Source: Gnetum montanum (Eukaryota > Plantae > Gnetophyta). Taken from it: a stretch of DNA of 64,000 nucleotides. The notes under the pieces are model-generated. The model worked only from the letters and a program-made list of their open reading frames with translations. It ran no database searches and was not told the DNA's origin. The stretch covers positions 62,001-126,000 of the forward strand of contig MNCI01000736.1 in NCBI GenBank assembly GCA_015680685.1. The letters run 5' to 3'. The position numbers and the translations under genes are program-made. How positions within the stretch are numbered: position 1 is the first letter of the stretch; every line of letters starts with the position of its first letter. This document shows positions 38,100-50,900 of this stretch, piece by piece.

Positions 38100-41000
38100 G
38101 ATACCAAAAAGGCATGCAAAATATAACCAAATCAAATGGTTAGATATGAATAATATCCCTATGTTTGAAGGGGGATATAATGCAAATTTGCAAAACCATC
38201 TACAAGAATTTCACAATGCTTGTGTCTTACAAAACATGGAGAATGAATGACAAAAATTGAAGCCATTTCCTAGGACACTCATCAAAGAAGCTAAACGTTG
38301 GTACCCATTCTTGGAATCAAAATCAATTTAGAGATGAAGTATGATGCTTGAATTTTTTAACTACAAGTACCAAATGTACTTCTAAGTGTCCAACTTTAGA
38401 AGGAAAATCCAAGGATGGAAGTAAGACACACATGAGTCCTTAGATGTGCTCTTGGGTAGGTACTATTCTCTATTGCACTACTTCCTAGTCCATGGCTATT
38501 CTCAAAGGGAGTAGCTATGCCATATCATAGATGGGCTCCAAACTAAAATAAGGAGAACCATTGGGATCTATGCCCAACAGAGACTTTCGATGGTAAGGGT
38601 CTATCAAATTCAAAGGTTATTAAGCAAGTGGCAAAAGAAAAGGTGAGATAAAAAAAGAGACAAAGTACAAAATAGTACAACAGGGATCCCTTCCTCCATA
38701 AGAAGGTTCGTTTCCATGACAATGACAAGGAGGCATCACTTGATGAAGTGGTGTAATGAAAAAATTTTCTAATCCAAAAATCTATCTCTGAAATATTGAA
38801 TAAGGTTGATAAAATATGGGACTCATTGAATGAGATATTTTAAAATGGTCTAAGAATTGTAGAGGAGAATAGAGATCAAGGAGGTAGTGGACATGATAGA
38901 AGGAAAAAAAAGGAAGTTGAACATGACCATCACAAGGATAAGGGCAAGGCTGCTATGGTAGAAGAAGTTGTGGATTCCAAATCTGATAATGAGGGGTATG
39001 ACATCTATCAGTATGAACATCCTAAGGAATGTTTCCCTATTTTTTCACACTTATAGGAATCTAGGATGTATGCATTAAATCCTAAATTAGCCAAATAGCA
39101 AGCACCTAAGAGGTTGCCTTATCCTCAAGGCAACTATCAATAGTTCCACCAACAAGCCTACTATCTAAGTGGAGTGCCATCTTAGACTCATGAGAAATAT
39201 CAATAGTGGCAATATCATTAGTCATGAGGGATGCCACCTCTAATAAAATAGTATCCTTACCACTAGCTAGATCCTTATGAGTACTACATTCAACAACCTA
39301 TCTCTTTACGTGACTCTTCCAATCACACTTTCTTCTAACACCACTACTACCCTCCTGAATATTATATAACATCATCTCCAAGGGGAGAGTCCCATTTTCT
39401 TATTATCATTCTCATCCTTCTACTCATGGAACTTCATCCTTAACGTCTTTGTCACCTGATCCATCTATGCAAGGAGAAATAATAGCCTAATTAGAGGAAA
39501 TAAATGCCACAAGGGCCATGAACTTATAGTGGGCTTTTCAACCAAGTGGTTTTGACACTAAGCCTCGAAAAGGCCATTCTTCAGAATCAATAGCCCAAAA
39601 AAGCTTTCACAAACATCTATGGCTACTAATCTTACTTCTCCTACCTTCTCTAAAATGTCTCTTAATAAATGCTCTCAAATTACATGTTGTAATGTTGACC
39701 CATACAATCATTGATGGGATTAAGATCAATCATCTTCCTAGGAAGAGATTTGATCCTAGGAGTCCTTCCATCTATTTATAGATCATTGGAAATGAACCAT
39801 GTAAGGATCTTTTGGTCCCAAGTTCTAGAGTTAACTTAATATCAAAAGAGATGTAAAATTCCTGGAACTTGCCTCCACTTAAAAGGCATAAAATTCTCTT
39901 AGAGTTGGTAGATCAATTCATCACTATCCCCTTAGAATTGATGGAGGACATTTTGACCACCATTTGTAGGTGGTCTTATCTTGTTAACTTCTTAGTGATC
40001 TATGTGGATAACTACAAGGAGGAATTTCTTATCATTATGAGAAGAGCATGGTTGAGTATAATTGATGCACAGTTGAGGATAAGAGACCTCTCCTTAGAGA
40101 TTTCCAAGGAGAATAAATTTGGTCATATTGAGAAGAAGCATATTCCATGCATTGCATATAGTGACATAGGGTTCCATTGCATGTAGAAATATGAACCATA
40201 AAAAGAACAAAACTCAAAGCATGTAGGTAATGTGCAAACATCACAAAAATTCAAAGGTGCCTATATGTTGCAGCCATAAAATAGGAGGACACCTAGTAGT
40301 TAACAACTAAAATAGAGGCTAACTTGACAATGTGCATGGAACCAACTGAGAGCCTCACAAGATCTTATGTAGACAACATGGACAAACTAGAGTGGATCCA
40401 TCACCAACTCTCTAAAGAACAAGGTGAAATCAAATAGGGAGAGTTGGAGATTCCCAAAACATTCAAGTAGTAGCCATTAAGCTAAAAACTCTACTAGCTA
40501 GGATGGAATATACCTTCCTAAATAATGGCAAGTTGGTTATCATCTATGCTAGTATTTCTCCCTTGAAAAAAGAAAGTTTTTAGAACTTATGAACAAATGA
40601 CAAACAATGTTTTCTTAGTCATATCCTAACCTCACTAGAATTGATCCTAGGATATGCATGCATATGATTTATACAAATGCCTTCATAAAACCAAAAAGAT
40701 TTTCCTAGAGAATATTGAACCCCAAAGATCATCAAGGAAGAAATTAAGCAAATCCTCAAGGCAAGGTTCATTTATCCCATTGCAAATAGTGAGTGGATTA
40801 GCCTACTTGTCATAGTATCCAAGAAAGGAGAGAAGTGGACATTCTACATAGATTTTAGGCTATTGAACATGGATACCTATAGAGATCACTTTCCATTATT
40901 AGTTGTGGATCAAGTGTTGGATACCATTGTAGGGCATTGCTACTACAACTTTCTAGATAATTATAGTGGCTATAACCAAATCTAGAATGCCCTAGAGGAC

Positions 41001-43270
41001 TATGCCAAAACAACATTCAAAAGTCCCTAGGGAATGTTTGCATATAACAAGATGGCCTTTGGCTTATGCAATGCTCTTGCTACATTTCAATGTGTAGTCC
41101 TTAGCATCTTTCAATAGTATATTATTAGTGGGGTGGAGATCTTCATGGATGACTTCTCCATCTACAAGGCTACTTTTGTGTAAGCCTTGGACCATCTAGA
41201 GTAAGTGCTTAAATGATGTATGGAGACCAAATTTAGGCTTAACTAGTAGAAGAGACATTCGATTGTTCAAGAAGACATTATCTTGGGATATCATATTTCT
41301 AGCAAGGGGATTGAGGTAGACTTGGAAAAGATAAGGGTCATCTAAGGAATCACTAGACAACCTGAAACTGTTAAAGATGTGAGATCATTTCTTGGGCATA
41401 TGGGTTATTATAGGCATTTCATTGAGAACCTTTTAATGATTTACAAATGATAGGTAGAGCTCACAAAGAAGAATATGTCATTCATCTAGACTAAGAAATG
41501 TAAGCATGCATTTTAGCACCTGATGTAGAAGCTCATAGAAACACCAATCTTACAAGTACCATATTGGTTTAGACCATTTCATATCATGATGGACACATTC
41601 AATTATGCATTAGGAACCATGCTTATATGATTGGATGATTAGAAATGTCCATATTATATCCACTTTGCAAGTAGGAGAATTATGAGTGTACAACTTAATT
41701 ACATCACCACTAAAAAAGAACTTATAGTAGTGGTGTATGCTCTTGAGAAATTTAGGCACTATGTACTTGGATATAATGTTTTTTTGCACATAGACCATAA
41801 TGCTATTAGGTACCTCATGATCGACCCAATAGTGAGCCCTCCTGTTATACAGTGGTTGGTGATCTTGCAAGAGTTCAAACTTACGATGGTGGATAGAATG
41901 AGAACAAAGAACATGGTAGCCTATCATTTGTCTTGGTTAGGATGGAACAACAAGGAGGAGAAGAGCCCACTCTTAGACTAATTTCCTAATGAACCCCTCT
42001 TTGCTAGTGTTGTGAATGAACATGACCCTAAGAAAATCAACTAGTAGAAGAACATTCTATCCTATCCACTCACTCAAGAGACGTCATAGGGGTGGGACCA
42101 CAAGAAGAAATAACAGTTTCTTTACCAAGCCAAACACTTCATGGAGATCAACAACAACCTTTATAAGGTTTATGTAGATGGCCTAGTATGATGGTGTGTC
42201 CCTCATGTGGATCAACTACGAGTCCTTTAAGATGCACATGAGGGCCCTTGTGGGAGCCACTATCTTGGAAGGAATATGATCATTAAGATCCTAATGGTAG
42301 AATATAATTGGTTGATAATTTTCAGGGATGCCTATCAATTTGTCCATGCCTATGATTGATGCCAATGTAATGGGTAGATGATTTCTTGTCCCAAAGATAA
42401 TGTTATCTAATGACCAAAGCCTTTCGACCTTTGGAGAATTAATGTTATGGGGCCCATCAGCCCCATGTCTAATGAAAAGGACTATATAATTATAGCTATT
42501 GGCTATTACATGAAATGGCTAAAGTTGTGACCATAACCAACTATACATCTTCTATGGTAGTCCACTTTGTACAAAAATATATCTTGTAAATAGGATTGGC
42601 ATAACAAGGGTACTTATTTTGAATAATGAGATACATTTTATGAGTGCCACTTTTTGTAAACCTATGCAATGCTTGGGTTTGTGCATAAATACACAACTTC
42701 ATATCACCCCAAAGCCAATGGTCAAGCTAAAGTCATAAATATGGAGATAACCAAAATAATAACATGAACAATTAGTAAATATAGAAGGGACTAGAGATTT
42801 AAACTCAATGAAATCCTTTAGGCTTATCGTTCAACATGGAAACTTCTTATTGGATACTCTTCCTATGAGCTCATGTACAAAAAGCTCCTAACAGTTCCTA
42901 TCTAAGCAAAAATTTATATACTATCAACTACATGTGACCTCAACTTGAACCTAAGTCTAGCATATAAGAACAATTGATGAACCTCAACGTGCTTGATGAG
43001 AATTGATTAGTGGCCCTATCATCCAATGAAGTGCACAAGACATTCAATAAATGACTTCATGACCATAAGATTAGGAAAGTTAAATTTCAACTAAAAGATA
43101 AGATGCTCTATTAAAATCCCATGCACGTACCTCAATGAATAAAGTTTTAAATGTTATGGGAGGACCCTTATATCATCTATGAAACCTTTCCATCTAGAGC
43201 CATGTTAATCTACCAATGTGATAGGCCAAATAAGAAATTGTTAGTTAACACTTAAAAAATAAAGCCTTTC
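38100..43270 (+). pseudogene. pol: Athila A2 gag-pol relic (gag, AP, RT, RNase H, integrase)
   Basis: gag KLKPFPRTLIKEA; RT IYPIANSEWISLLVIVSKK...IDFR.LN...DHFPL...FLDNYSGYNQI...MAFGLCNA.ATFQ...EIFMDDFSI; RH NYITTKKELIVVVYALEKFRHY; INT H..PCGSH...C..C, YHPKANGQ. Confidence 0.9.
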
Positions 43271-44580
43271 CATGAACAACAAGTGATAAGTGGACACAAT
43301 GCCTAAACAAATGATAACAAATGCTCTATTTGTCAAATCTCCTCCTTTCAACTCAGTCATGGGAGAGATGGTTGGTCATGCTCAAATATTATAAAGTGGC
43401 TTCTCAATTTTTAACTTTTTCTTTTTATAGCATTTTTAGTACATTTTTCATTTTCATGAGTCATTTATGATTTTTTCTATATTTTTCTTTATTTTTTTAT
43501 ATTTAAATTTTGCTTATGCTTCTTCATTTTTCTTTATTACTACTAGGACTTGGTGCAACTATAGTTTCTATTAATTATGATTTGAAATTTTATAGATTAC
43601 TTGATTACAAAATGACTGGATTTTATTTCATATCCTCTCTTATCCACCAATTCTTTCCATGAACCATCTCACTACCTATTTTCATGACCATGTCGATGGG
43701 ATTATTGGTAAATGGCTACAATTCCTTGATGACTTCTTTGGTGATTTGATCTTTAACTATCCACAATTATTAATCATTTGTGAGGTTCATGGACTCCTCA
43801 TTTAGAGGGCATGCAAGGGCATTACAGTCATGAGATGGCTATGGGGAGGACCCACTTATATAATTCTTGTTTAGGATGGTTAAGTTCCTTATTCCTTAGT
43901 TATTTTTCTTTTGAACCTTTCAAATTCCACATCGATTACATCTAGTTTTGCACTTCTTGACCAATAATCTCCAAATTAAATCTTCTTTTTTGAGCATATT
44001 CTAGCCCTCTTCAAGCATTTCATCTTGTTTGCAACTTTTCTAACTTCCTCTAGACTCCAATTTCATTTAAAAACTCCTTATTTTTACTTAGTGTAGCCGC
44101 ATTGACACATTTTTGTTGACACAATGCAAAAAGCCTATAAATAGCATTGGGAACTTAGAGATTTTTTGCCATTTTCACTCACACACCAAGGGAGTTTTGT
44201 CATTTTTAGAACCTAGAGCCTTCCTAAGACCATTACTTTTAAACTACTTATCTGATTCACTCCTTTCTTTGATCCTATAGCTATTAGAGGTGAGCTTTAT
44301 GTCATGGGGGCCATAAATCATAGGTTTCTGATAGGAGAATTTTTCAAAAGTTTTGTAACTCCTAAAATGTTTAACTAATAAAATAATATTAAATACCACT
44401 AATCCACTTTATTTAAACCTCACAAAAAAAATTTGGTAGCTATCAAAATAAAATAAAATTAAAATAATCAATCCATCGTAATCCCAGCCTACCTAAAGTG
44501 TAACTTATCAAAAGAGACAAGGTATTCAAGTGTTTAAGTTATATATAAAACACTAATCTTTGGCAATGTTATGATTGCAT

Positions 44581-47390
44581 ATGGGACCCAAACCAAGAGA
44601 TAAATGACCATAGGAATAAGGATCATCTGAATCGAGGAATAAAAGACCTAGAGGAGGAAGGGGCTAGTAGCTATAGCAACCCCAAGAGGAAGCATAAGGA
44701 AAACATGCAATGGAAAATCTTCAGAAGAATCCAAAAGTGGCATCTATTTGAAAACTTCCCATAGTAGAAACCTATCAATCACAATATGACAAGTTGGTTG
44801 GGCTTGGACCAAACCTAGTAGTCACTTTGATGGAAGCCTTCCTATAGCAAATTTTCTCCAAAGAGGTTTAAAGTATAGTTCTTCAAGAACTAAACTTTGG
44901 TCCTTTATTGGACTTGGTGATAGAAGAGGTTAAACCACAACTTTAAGGCTCTCCCATGTGGCCCATCCATACTTCCAGTGGGGAATGGTACATGGACAAA
45001 ACATACCTTTTTTGGAATAATAGGCAGGCTAATGCCATAGTGAAAATAAAGAACATCAGTGTGTCCTACTCTATGAAGGCCATTGTAGAGGCTCTCAAGT
45101 TGTCAAATACTAGGGCAACCTTGATGGAAATCAGGATGCAAACAAATCTAGAAGTGAAGAAAGAATGGATCCAATAGTGCTATTGAGTCGACCGTAAGGA
45201 GTATGGTGCACTCATCAAGGGAGAGAGGAACTACTTCGAAATTGTGGCCTATCACCTCAACCCAATGGTGAGGCCAAGTAAGATCACAACCTTCTCTACC
45301 CATGCATGTGCTGCTTAAGTGGTAAATTCTTCATCAACCTTCCACAACTCATCTTTTTGGATGAGTCTGGGAGGAAGACATTCCCTTTCCATGCCTTATC
45401 AAAAAATTGTGCAAAAGCTGAGGTATAGCTTACTATGCCAATGACACCCTTTCAGGTGCTCTTGATACCTCTTGGTAGGAGATGATGAAGGATAAGGCAT
45501 CCATCAAGCTGCAAGAATAGAAGTATCCATTGCCACCCATTCAAGAAGAAATAATTCTGGAGGCTCATGCAACTATTGAGTGCATGCACAAGCTTTGTTT
45601 GCAACTCCTGTAGTAGCAATAAGTAGGACCAAGTGGTGGTAATCCATCAACCTATCATCCAACATTGGGCCATCTCAATGAGGTTACAAGTACTATTACT
45701 TGGTTGGAGGAGACTACATTATTTTTCACTACAAAAAGGATGTAGGCACCTATAAGGACAAATCCAAGTACCTAGGAAGTGATGGTGTCCCTCCTAGAAT
45801 AACAAAAATTCCTAGAGATTTCTGGGAATGCCACCACTTCCTCAATGTGCCAGGAGGTGGGTGAGGGGATAACTATCTTGGTGATGCATCACCAAGGGTA
45901 GGAGATAGTGATGGAGATGATGGCTGAATATGTAGTGAAAGCATTAAATGCTCCTATGGCCACTATGATAGATATTACATTTGCAAGAGTGGCTGGTGGA
46001 AGGCTTAGTGTAGCCCAACATGAGAAGGTGCTAGATTGATTGGAAAGAACTAAGCAGCCACTTATGAAGATCTTTAATCTTTTAGATAACATAACTACCA
46101 CCTAGTTGGCACTGTTGGAAGCTAGGTGAAAGCTCAGTATTGCCAATTCCTAACTCAAAGAAGCTATATTGAAAAATTGACAATTGGCTATCAAGGTTGT
46201 AGAGTTGAGAGCTCGATTAGCTGATCCCACCATTCTCAACTAGGCTATAATAAGAGCTGAAGCTTTCTCAGCTTTAGCAAAGACTTCAAAAGGCTGAGAA
46301 AGCAAAGTAGATGGTGGCCTTTGATGAGTCCTTAGTAGAGGTCATAACCTACAACACCAAAATGGACTTTTCAAAGGTTTGTAAGGAGAACCTTGTTCTA
46401 ACCAAAGATAATTATTTCTTATAGAATGTCGAGGTTTAAAAAGATCAAATGATAGAATTTTTATGATTGTAGCAAGAGTAGCTTATCAAGATGGCCATGG
46501 AGTTGAGGAGGTTGGCTATTCAAAATTAAAATCTTTCAATGAAGAAAGTTTTCACACTTTACTAAAAATTAGCCATTGAGATAGCCACCTAGGAGAATGA
46601 GGCCTTGAAGTTTGAATCAGTGAAAAATCACCATAGGAACCAAGTTTGAATTTTCAAGGAAGTCTATGAGAAAGAAATTCAATTGGCTTAGGCAAAGATG
46701 AATGAGGCCCTCTAATAACTTCAAAAAGGAGGCAACATATGGCAGCCCATATTTAATGGACTCAACACATACAAAAAAGCTAAAATCTACTTGAAGAAGT
46801 TGTAGATCAAGGAGATGACAAAATATATAAAGTTAGCCAACCCCTGGTATGCAAACTTTGCAACAATGACAACCATAAGGCCAAGGTTAGAACTAGAGAA
46901 ATAAGTGGCCAGCTTGTACCTCCTATATGAGGTAGAGTTCAAGCATCACAAAGACATGAAGCAAAAGTTGGAAACTACTAATATTGATCTTCAAGTTCTT
47001 CAAGTCCACTTCATAGATAAATGATCAATGGTTGAGAACATAGACAAGAGGATGAATGATTACTAGGAGCTACAAAATTCTATCAGATAATTCAACATTG
47101 AATGCAAATAATTTGTTGTCTAGTTCATGAATGCCAAGGAGTTGTTCTTGGTCATGTCCTATTCATGGGATGTTCCCGTACCAACTCACATCATCAATGC
47201 TACATGAACTATGTATGATCCTTGAACTAAGGAGGAGAAGATGAAAGCACTACTAGATGATTTTCATCTTCCACTAAAATTAGTAGTTGTAGTAGGATAG
47301 CTAAAATTTCCTTAGCCTCAATCACCATGTGCATTAAAGGCAGGGGAAGATCCTTTAGCATCTTAGGAGCCTCTATCTCCTAGGACCATT
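44581..47390 (+). pseudogene. Extra 3' ORF relic of A2 (position of the Athila env-like ORF)
   Basis: About 2.8 kb of coding-like, stop-riddled sequence between integrase and the PPT, with a K/E/L-rich, coiled-coil-like distal half; no recognisable domain. Confidence 0.45.
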
Positions 47391-47944
47391 TGATCTTCTT
47401 CTCATCTTTGATTGTTAGAGGAGTTTCAATTATTAGTTTTTGTAAAGGTGTTCAATTTTGTTGTCATGAATATCCATTTTTGTAATCATTGTAAATACAA
47501 ACACTTGAATACTTGGCATCAATTTTTGAGTTAGTCATTTAGTTGATGGTTCCATATCTTCCCAAATTTTGCAAAAAGCTCAATCCTCTTTTAATTCATT
47601 CAAGGATGAGTTTTCAATCATTCATGGGGGTATGGTGAATCTTCATCAATGGGCTACATTGATGGACATGCATCAACACATTCCCATCGATGCATCTCCA
47701 TCAACATAGCCTTATCAACACATGTTTTGATGCGTCGATGCATATGTGTTGATGTGAAATCTGACTCTGCCTATATAAATGTGCACATCAACCAAATTTG
47801 TGACATTGGATAGTCAATAACTTAGGGAAGTTCTTGTAGTTTATTTCATAAAAGTTAAAATGTTTTTTATGTGCCTATAGTAGGAGTTAAGAATTCTATG
47901 GATCCTTATTCAAGCACTAATCTACCTAGATACTTTAGTAGGAC

Positions 47945-50900
47945 TATGACATCCCATCCCTAGATGTCATGGAAAACATCAAATATAAAATATATTAGAC
48001 ATTATTCATATGACAAAAATATACCAAATGCAAAATATATGTGATATTCACCATTATGTATAAAGAAAATAATAGAAAAAATGTAGAAAGAGAAATAAAA
48101 GAATTTTTTATTGATATGGAGTATTGTATTCGAATTGTGATTTAAGAGTATTTCTTGGAGTTTGCTTCCTTCAACATCTATTTCTTAGAGGCAATCCAAC
48201 ATTGCCACCATGGTGAGACTTATAACTCGACTAGAAGGGATGGCCAATTCACTTCTTTTTCTACTTCACTTGGCTTTTATGACTTGCTTGTACCAGCTCT
48301 ACCACTCCATGNAAGTTTTGTTCATCCTTAAACAAGTCCATGTTCATTATCTTTTTCCAACTCCAATGCTTCTGTTATGCCCCTGTGATGCAATAATTTG
48401 ATTTCTCCTTGAACTTGAAATTGTTTCTTTCTTATTATGAAAACAAGATATATGTGAGAAAAATATATAAAAAATTAAATATTAGTTTATTATTATTTAC
48501 CTCATTTTCTAAGATAACGACAAGAGATACATTAAAGATATACCAACCACCAATCACTAGTCTAACTAGAGTCTAACAAGGTGCAGCTCGAATATAGTTT
48601 TCCAAGTGAAGGTAGGGTGAATTCTTTATTTCCAAATTTCATTATGTTACATATTTTACTGATTTGATTAAAACAGATATTAAATACTAAGAAAAATAAT
48701 AAGATCATAAATAAAAGTAATTGTGAGATACTTCCTACTCTTGATCAACCTTATGAATTGATGGAAGTAATTATACTTCTTCCATAAGTGATATATGATT
48801 AGATGATCTTGTATGGGATGGAAAGGCTTGTTCTTGATTCCTCTCAACTTTTTCTTTAGAAATTAACTTTAGTAACTTGGTAACTTGGAAGAATCAGATA
48901 ACTTACCAAATATAATCTAAAGTATTAATGAAGAATGTTGTTGATTCATATTTATTAATCATAGCAGAATAATTGGTAAATTGTGGTTCTTGATGAGCAC
49001 CATCCATCAACATCCTTTGTTCCTAAATTTTGGGATCTGATTTATCTATTGAAATTCAAAATAGGTAGAATATGCACTAGCCAATGGAATTGCATGTTGA
49101 ATTGATGGAACATCTTCATCAAATTAGGTTCATCTTATAAAGATTCCTTTACACATTCATATTTTAAGAATTGATAGACACTACTTCCAAATTTTGCATT
49201 AAAATATCCACAAAGAATAAATGGAATCAAATCAGTATAACTTACGAATAACTTATTCTTTAAGCTTTCTACTATTTGCTTAATCAAGTATGCTCCTTAA
49301 CATAGTATGACTTTTGAACATGTTGATTGGGCAATTAAATGTATGTTGAGTATACATACACATATTGTTGGTTGATGAACTTTTAGAATCACTGCCAAGG
49401 CTATGTGATTTTTCTAAAATCTTGGATCTTCTTTCCTTTTCATGGTTTGAAGTTCTAGAATTTTGACAATCATATTTTCTAAATTCCATTCAAATTTTTT
49501 TGTACTAATTCAAACTTGACTTCTTTATAAAAGATTGCACAACCATTCATGTTGTGATTTTTGCAATAGGCTAATCTATATGGCTCAAAGGAAAAACTTC
49601 CACAAGAACTTTTTTACTCTTAAATACTTATGTATCCCAGCTTTTCCAAATCCAGTTGGAATTGGTATAGAAACTCCCATGGTAAGACTCCTTATAGGCA
49701 TAAAACATCAACATTCAAATCTTGTAATTATGCTAAAATACATGGAGATTGATATTCTTGCCAATCCAAGGCCCATGATGGACATAATGAATGTTGTTTC
49801 TCCCTAACTAAGGATCTTGCAAGAACGTTGTATGTTGCAACTTTTATTCTCATTCTTGGATTCTTCTCTAGATCATTTCTCTTCATGGGTATCATACACT
49901 TTGTGGAAAATAAGATTATGACTCTCCCTATTTTTTTGTCATATGTTTTGCTTATAGGATGAATTGATATACATCTTTCTAATCGTTGAAAACCATTTTG
50001 TTTCATCAATTGATTCTTCAACTAATACACCAACTAATTCATCGCTTGATAATCAACCAATATTAATACATTCTTCAACTAATTTTTGTAATATTTAACT
50101 ACATTATCTAATTTTAGTAATATTAATCACATTATTTAAATCTTAATAGCCTTTCCACCTCCCTTAAGAATATTATCTCCAATAGTGTAACTAAGGAAAT
50201 TCCATAGTGATCTTAAGGTTATTTGCAAATGTTAAGCACTAAATCTTAAAGTCCAAAACATTAAATTTATGATATCATCAAATTATTGGATGCTTGGATG
50301 ATAAATTTGACCTCACCATTGAGTTTAGAAGGATAAAAATTGTTAAAAATTACTATTCATGTGTTGAAAAAGAACATCGTATGCTTGAGTTATTCTAAAA
50401 TTAAACTTTCAGGATCTCGAGACACTATATTAGGCAAGGGGTAAAAACTAATTTTTTTTTGGATTCCCTAGGATAGATCCAACTGTGGCATTATGTCGAG
50501 AAGGTTGAAAACTATAGGAAATGACTTTTCATTCATCTAAAAAAGCTTTTAGAATTAAAAATTATGGCTTCTAAGATCGATGACCTTTGGTGCAAAAAAC
50601 TAAACTTCTTGAGAGGTCATCCATCCTAGTCCTACTCTAGGTTGAGTGCACTTAATTACAAAATTTTTATCTAAGTTTCTACCAATGTGTCAAATTCCAT
50701 TTTCAAAAATTATTTTTTGCATTTTTAATTTGAACTAATGGCTTAGAAATAGGAATTTTGAACTTTCTGTCAATTGATGGACATTTCAAATTTTTTTGTC
50801 AATTGATAGGAAATTCCATTTTTTCCATTAGGTGATGAAAATTTTTTTGTTTCATGACAATGGTAGCAATGGTCATGGTGGCTTGCTAGTGGTAGCTTGG

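Noticed and set aside
31004-38728. Hydrophobic or antisense short ORFs (e.g. 31004-31462, 31798-32238, 37461-37763; likewise 5436-5699)
   Set aside because: Shadow frames of retroelement coding strands or low-complexity T-rich DNA; no motifs.
48770-50020. LINE APE endonuclease as the identity of the EEP domain
   Set aside because: CPSWALDW, GCAIFYK..KF, PLASAYS and EPQFTN are CCR4-type motifs, and no LINE RT follows.
48770-50020. Functional host CCR4 gene
   Set aside because: Multiple stops and frameshifts, altered catalytic positions (CL*GV, GYFN, SNH), no introns, and it lies inside LTRs.
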